DNA from: Promethearchaeota archaeon | Lineage (GTDB): Archaea > Asgardarchaeota > Lokiarchaeia > Sigyniarchaeales > Promethearchaeaceae | Direction of reading: 5' to 3' | Assembly (NCBI GenBank): GCA_016933055.1 | Contig: JAFGBS010000027.1 | Location: 1-32,000 of the forward strand | DNA: 32,000 nt | Part shown: positions 27,513 through 32,000 of the stretch, piece by piece | How the letters are laid out: every line of letters starts with the position of its first letter | Position numbering within the stretch: the first letter of the stretch is position 1 | Notes under the pieces: model-generated | What the model was told of the DNA's origin: nothing | The model's input: the letters and a program-made list of their open reading frames with translations, nothing else | Database searches by the model: none | Made by a program: the position numbers and the translations under genes

Positions 27513-28442
27513 TCACATATTTTTAATCTGCATAGTAGTAGATAAATCATATTCGTGATCATTTGCCCAAATTAAAAGGGACTTTCGTATGTCTGTTTCA
27601 GCTTTATAACCCTTATCTACTCTAGCTTTGAAGAACAACGTATATTCAACTGCATAATCTAAGAAATTGGTTATTTTAACGCTTGGATTCAGGTTTAGCT
27701 CCTCTTCGGGACTTTCAAAGGTTATTTTCGAGATGCTATCTAATATTTTCGAACTACTTCCAGAAGTTTGATCATATTGTTTCGATGGTTTTTCTATATC
27801 TGGATTTTCAAGTACTAATTTAGTAACTTCTTCAATTATCTTATTGGGATCGATTTTATAATCCAATCCAAAGACAATTGAACGCGTTGTAATATGAGTT
27901 TTTTGACCAAGATTGACAACGCCAGAATTTAGAAATTCTTGATTTGGAACAGAAATCTCCGTGTTATCTAGAAATCGTAATTTAGTGAACACAAATCGAA
28001 TCATCACAACATTTGCGAGTTTATCTTTGTATCTAATCCTATCTCCAACCTTGAAAGGTTTGCTTATCATTATGATTAAGCCTGCAATGGCATTTCCAAT
28101 GGTATTCATGGAGGCGAAACCGATGATAGTTGCGCCAGAAAATGCAAATATTCCCGTAACTACCCCCGATGCTTCGGAAAAAAAGAATGTAAATAAAAGA
28201 ATGATATAAATCACTAAAAATACAAAGCGGATAATCTTCTGGATGCTTATTCTTGCGGTCTTATCCAATTTGCCCCGTTGTTCCGCTTTTTTCAATTGTG
28301 GAATGATCACAAACCGCTTAGCAAAAAAATATAGTAATAGCAGGAAGAGTGATACACTGATTTTAATCAGATTATTATAGGAACCATCATCCACCAACCA
28401 TTCCCATATTTTCGATAAAAATGTGGGTACTTGTAGTAACAT
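27513..28442 (-). CDS. mscS: Small-conductance mechanosensitive channel (MscS family)
   Basis: Three N-terminal TM segments, 'IGFASMNTIGNAIAGLIIMISKPFKVGDRI', 'T.LRFLDNTEISVPN'. Confidence 0.88.
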   Translation of the reverse strand: MLLQVPTFLSKIWEWLVDDGSYNNLIKISVSLFLLLLYFFAKRFVIIPQLKKAEQRGKLDKTARISIQKIIRFVFLVIYIILLFTFFFSEASGVVTGIFAFSGATIIGFASMNTIGNAIAGLIIMISKPFKVGDRIRYKDKLANVVMIRFVFTKLRFLDNTEISVPNQEFLNSGVVNLGQKTHITTRSIVFGLDYKIDPNKIIEEVTKLVLENPDIEKPSKQYDQTSGSSSKILDSISKITFESPEEELNLNPSVKITNFLDYAVEYTLFFKARVDKGYKAETDIRKSLLIWANDHEYDLSTTMQIKNM

Positions 28443-28662
28443 ACATAAGTGTAATTTTGGTCCTTATTAAATCCTTATTTGAAAGAATTATAAGCTAATA
28501 TGAAAGACTTATTCCCCATACTACCCATTTATTTTAGATTTTTGCTTAAAGCTTCAGAAAAGAAAATTATAAGAATTAATATTTAAACCTCACATTACTT
28601 ATTGTGTACTTCAAATGAAATTATGGTTGGATTTACTTGCTTGGGCGATCTACGTCTATTAT

Positions 28663-29066
28663 TTATTCCGATAACTTTTCTGGATTGATAGATAGTAAAT
28701 TCGTTAATGCTGATATTTTTGGATTTCTTGCCTTAATATGATTGACATAATCGATTATTTCTGAAAAATCCCCTCGTTTTTGATCGATTTAATTATGATT
28801 TTTTTAATTAAACCATAGGACTTATTCGGAAAATCAGGATAATTCCCAAGTAGTTCATTTACATCGAGTTTCTCCTCATCAAAAAGATTATATGCTTTTT
28901 CTCGGGGCGTCCTGGAACATCTACTTCATCTCGCTTGAATTTAACAATGTTTCTTTCTCGATTTAAATAAATATCAATTCCGAAATACTGGCTTACATAA
29001 TCTTTTGGGAAATTATCTATCTCAATAATAGAAGTACTAAGTCCCCAAACAAGCGGAAATTGACAT
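28663..29066 (-). pseudogene. Frameshifted gene relic (~134 codons, unknown family), not in ORF track
   Basis: Minus-strand protein-like segments in successive frames: MSI / PLVWGLSTSIIEIDNFPKDYVSQYFGIDIYLNRERNIVKFKRDEVDVPGRPEK / AYNLFDEEKLDVNELLGNYPDFPNKSYGLIKKIIIKSIKNEG / DFSEIIDYVNHIKARNPKISALTNLLSINPEKLSE*. The joins can be placed in short homopolymer runs. Confidence 0.5.
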
Positions 29067-29138
29067 TTAGATATAAATAGTTATTTAAGATTGATTTTGG
29101 TTTTAGATTATATAATATGAATTTCAAGGTGAAAAACT

Positions 29139-29708
29139 TTGACACGAACTGATGAAGAATTAACCATGGGTGTTACTGGAGATAAGGGAGAGGTCGTTTT
29201 TAAGGTACTGGTGATAGGAGATGGCTCTGTTGGTAAAACAACTTTATTGAGAAAATATGTACACCATCAATTTGAAACTGAATACATCCCAACGGTTGGT
29301 GTGAATATACTTAAAGAACAAATTGAAATCAATAATAAGACTGTTAACCTAATGTTTTGGGACATCGCAGGGCAGCCTCAATTTCATTTATTGCACAAAG
29401 TGTATTATAATGGAGCAAACGGGGTGATTTTAATGTTTGATCTGACGAATAGTCCGTCATTTTCAAATGTAAATAATTGGTATAACGAACTAGTTAAATA
29501 TAAGTTGGAGAATACTCCTATCGTTTTAGTGGGTAATAAATCCGATTTAAAACATGAGCGGAAGATAATCGAACCTATGGCACATAGTAAAATGGAACAA
29601 CTTGGAATCTCTGCATATTATGAAACATCTGCACTCGACGGTAGCAATGTGAAAGCAGTTTTCAATAAAATCATACAGTTAATGATGGAACGTAAAAAAC
29701 ATTTTTAA
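29139..29708 (+). CDS. Rab-like small GTPase (eukaryotic signature protein) with canonical G1-G5
   Basis: FKVLVIGDGSVGKT, YIPTVGV, WDIAGQ, YYNGANG, GNKSDL, ETSAL; no C-terminal Cys. Start TTG 29139 or ATG 29166. Confidence 0.93.
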   Translation: MTRTDEELTMGVTGDKGEVVFKVLVIGDGSVGKTTLLRKYVHHQFETEYIPTVGVNILKEQIEINNKTVNLMFWDIAGQPQFHLLHKVYYNGANGVILMFDLTNSPSFSNVNNWYNELVKYKLENTPIVLVGNKSDLKHERKIIEPMAHSKMEQLGISAYYETSALDGSNVKAVFNKIIQLMMERKKHF

Positions 29709-29718
29709 AAAAAATAAA

Positions 29719-32000
29719 TCAGATTTCGATTTCAGAAAACTGCAATTCCAGCAGTTTCTTGTATTGACCGTCTAGTGCCATTAATTCATCATGTGTTCCT
29801 TGCTCTACAATGCCTTTTTCTTCTTGTCCGATTACAACAATGTCATCCGCGTTCTTAATTGTGGAAAGCCTGTGTGCGATAATTATTGTCGTTCTTCCTT
29901 GACGGGCTTTATCTAAAGCATCCTGTATCAGAGTCTCTGTATATGGATCTACTGAACTTGTTGCTTCATCAAGAATTAAAACTCGGGGGTCTGTTATCAA
30001 AGCCCGTGCAAAAGCAATGAGCTGTCGCTGTCCGGTAGAGATATTAACTCCCCCTTCTTTGATTGAGGTTTGATATTTATCGGGAAGTTTTTCTACGAAA
30101 TTATGTAACCCAAGGAATTTCGAAATTTCTACCATCCTTAGTCGATCATCTTCAACTGGATTTTCAATTGCATAAAGCAAATTATTTTCGATGGTGTCAC
30201 TGAATACGAAAATGTCTTGGGGAACCATGGAAATATATTCACGGAGGGTTTCCTTTTTTATTTTACGAATATCAATTCCATCCAGAGTAATCTTGCCGTC
30301 ATCTACATCATAAAATCGCGCAATTAATTTGATGATGGTTGTCTTGCCTGCACCCGTATGACCCACTATTGCAATAGTTTTTCCTGCGGGTATTGAGAGA
30401 TTTAAATTCTTTAGAACGTATCCTTTTGATTGTTCATGTTGAATTAATCGAATTTGTTCTTTGATGATTTGTTGCACATGAATAGGCAGTTCTGCAATTT
30501 TTGCAGGGGGAACGTTCATTTGAGCAAGAAACCGTGCAATTTGCGAGGAATCCACTTTTTGACTTCCTTGTCCACGTCCGCTTATCATATTACCTCCTTC
30601 ACCAGATTGTTGTCTTCCCCCCATCGAAGATACATTCATTTGTTGCTTTATGGCTTTTTCTAGCATATTAGTCATATTTTGGAACATCTGTTCCTTTTGA
30701 GGAGTCCACTCTTGAGGGAGGAGGTCTTCATCATTGCCTGGTATCTCGACTCCACCAAAATCATTTTTGCACTCGGGGTGATTTTCAGCATACTGTGTTC
30801 CGGGAACTGCATAACCGTAAGAACCCAAAATAGTATCAATCTTTTCGGGTATTGTCTTGAGATCTGTACCCATCAACTGCATGAATAAAGTTCGTCTAAT
30901 CTGGGATGGAATTGTTGGCAATTGCTCCAATAAGTAGGAAGAGTATGGTTCTGGGAATTGTTTTACACGTTCTAATGCCATTTGGATCATGGGATTTTTA
31001 GCTGGCAAGAGTTCTGAATCTTTTTCTGAATCATCTCTTTTTTCATAGTTCTCTTCTGATCCATTCAAGCTGTATGCAAAGGATACATTTTGGAATTGGA
31101 TTGTTCCGTTTACTTGATTTAAAGATAAGGGATTTTTCGGTTCCTTGATTTCTACTCTTGTTTCAAGCAACGATAATATCCTATCTGCACTTGCAAATGC
31201 TGATTCGATGATGTTTTGAATCTGCAATAACATCATGAATGGTCGGAAAAATTGAGACAACATGGAAATAAACGCAGTTAACGTACCAACGGATGCGGCT
31301 ATCCCTAAAAGACTAATGTCTTTTACATAGAGAATACCTCCGGAAACCAGTATTCCAATTGTAAGTATTGTTGTAATGAATTGGATTGCAGGGATGAAGG
31401 TACCCATTAATCTTCGAATTTGGTACATCGCCTCGTAGTTCTGCTTATTTGCTTCGTTAAATTCATTTATTGCTTTCTCTTCTTGACCAAAAGCTTTTAC
31501 AGTTTTTCCTCCCTCAATATTTTGTTGAATCGAGGATGTTACTCCGCTAATGGTTTTTCTAGCTTTCTTGAAAGCTCTTATTGCAAATTTCCTAAATAAC
31601 CACATTAGAAATATGAAAACTGGGATAATTGTAAGACTGAAGAGCGTCAAGATTGGATTTAACAGAAACATTATGACTAGTGTGAGAATAATACTGATAA
31701 TACTCGTGATGATTTCTACGAATTGACCACCCACAAGCATATTTAGTTGATCAATATCATTAGTTAAGATAGAAATTATGTCACCAGAGGGTCTACTATC
31801 AAAAAATGATAAACTCATACCTTGCAGCTGGGAAAATTGGTCATTTCGTATGGACAAAACTACTTTTTGAGATAGTACCCCCATACCCATTAAACTGAGA
31901 TAATTAGAAACTCCTACAATGATTACCATTATTCCATATAATAGTGAGCGTGATTGTAGGAATTGCAATCGATCTGGTACTGCTGTATTCAATATACGAT
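29719..32000 (-). CDS. ABC exporter half-transporter (TMD+NBD) with ~214-aa insertion in the NBD; N-terminus runs off the right window edge
   Basis: TMD with FFDSRPSGDIIS..TND and KTVKAF; NBD with QFQNVSFAY...VLKNLNL, Walker A GHTGAGKT, Q-loop VPQD, signature ISTGQ, Walker B LILDEATS, H-switch IAHRL. The frame is open to position 32000, so TTG 31992 is probably not the start. Confidence 0.92.
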   Translation of the reverse strand, partial: RILNTAVPDRLQFLQSRSLLYGIMVIIVGVSNYLSLMGMGVLSQKVVLSIRNDQFSQLQGMSLSFFDSRPSGDIISILTNDIDQLNMLVGGQFVEIITSIISIILTLVIMFLLNPILTLFSLTIIPVFIFLMWLFRKFAIRAFKKARKTISGVTSSIQQNIEGGKTVKAFGQEEKAINEFNEANKQNYEAMYQIRRLMGTFIPAIQFITTILTIGILVSGGILYVKDISLLGIAASVGTLTAFISMLSQFFRPFMMLLQIQNIIESAFASADRILSLLETRVEIKEPKNPLSLNQVNGTIQFQNVSFAYSLNGSEENYEKRDDSEKDSELLPAKNPMIQMALERVKQFPEPYSSYLLEQLPTIPSQIRRTLFMQLMGTDLKTIPEKIDTILGSYGYAVPGTQYAENHPECKNDFGGVEIPGNDEDLLPQEWTPQKEQMFQNMTNMLEKAIKQQMNVSSMGGRQQSGEGGNMISGRGQGSQKVDSSQIARFLAQMNVPPAKIAELPIHVQQIIKEQIRLIQHEQSKGYVLKNLNLSIPAGKTIAIVGHTGAGKTTIIKLIARFYDVDDGKITLDGIDIRKIKKETLREYISMVPQDIFVFSDTIENNLLYAIENPVEDDRLRMVEISKFLGLHNFVEKLPDKYQTSIKEGGVNISTGQRQLIAFARALITDPRVLILDEATSSVDPYTETLIQDALDKARQGRTTIIIAHRLSTIKNADDIVVIGQEEKGIVEQGTHDELMALDGQYKKLLELQFSEIEI

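Noticed and set aside
30427-31068. Intein explanation for the ABC NBD insertion
   Set aside because: No C-terminal His-Asn/Gln followed by Cys/Ser/Thr, no block-B TxxH and no homing-endonuclease motif.
1-32000. CRISPR array, IS element, prophage/provirus, rRNA, selenocysteine or pyrrolysine recoding
   Set aside because: No regularly spaced repeats, transposase, integrase, capsid or rRNA-like segments were seen. The in-frame stops found (TAA 4738, TAG 26781) lie in decayed or doubtful frames with no recoding signal I could support.

Overview
An AT-rich 32-kb chromosomal window of an archaeon, most likely an Asgard archaeon (Lokiarchaeia/Promethearchaeota-like). This is inferred from two Rab-like small GTPases, an archaeal-type intron-containing tRNA, a Bat-type HTH regulator and an archaeal-type Asd. 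No mobile element, CRISPR array or rRNA is visible. Most genes are metabolic: aldo/keto reductase, APS/PAPS reductase, pyrF, acs, thyX, MFS plus membrane-anchored GH57, SCP2, MscS and two GNATs. There is a complete seven-activity DapL-type lysine operon (asd-dapA-dapB-[lysA-dapF fusion]-lysC-dapL). The most notable observations are: (1) an ABC exporter with a ~214-aa insertion between the first two beta-strands of its NBD, the site of the CFTR regulatory insertion; (2) an in-frame LysA-DapF fusion; (3) a tRNA-Gln(CUG) with a ~35-nt non-canonical D-loop intron missed by the ORF track; (4) a small protein ending in Gly-Gly, divergent from an HTH regulator and followed by an aldo/keto reductase; (5) two frameshifted gene relics in apparently intergenic DNA. 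All family calls come from motif recognition by eye; no database search was run, so novelty is unverified.
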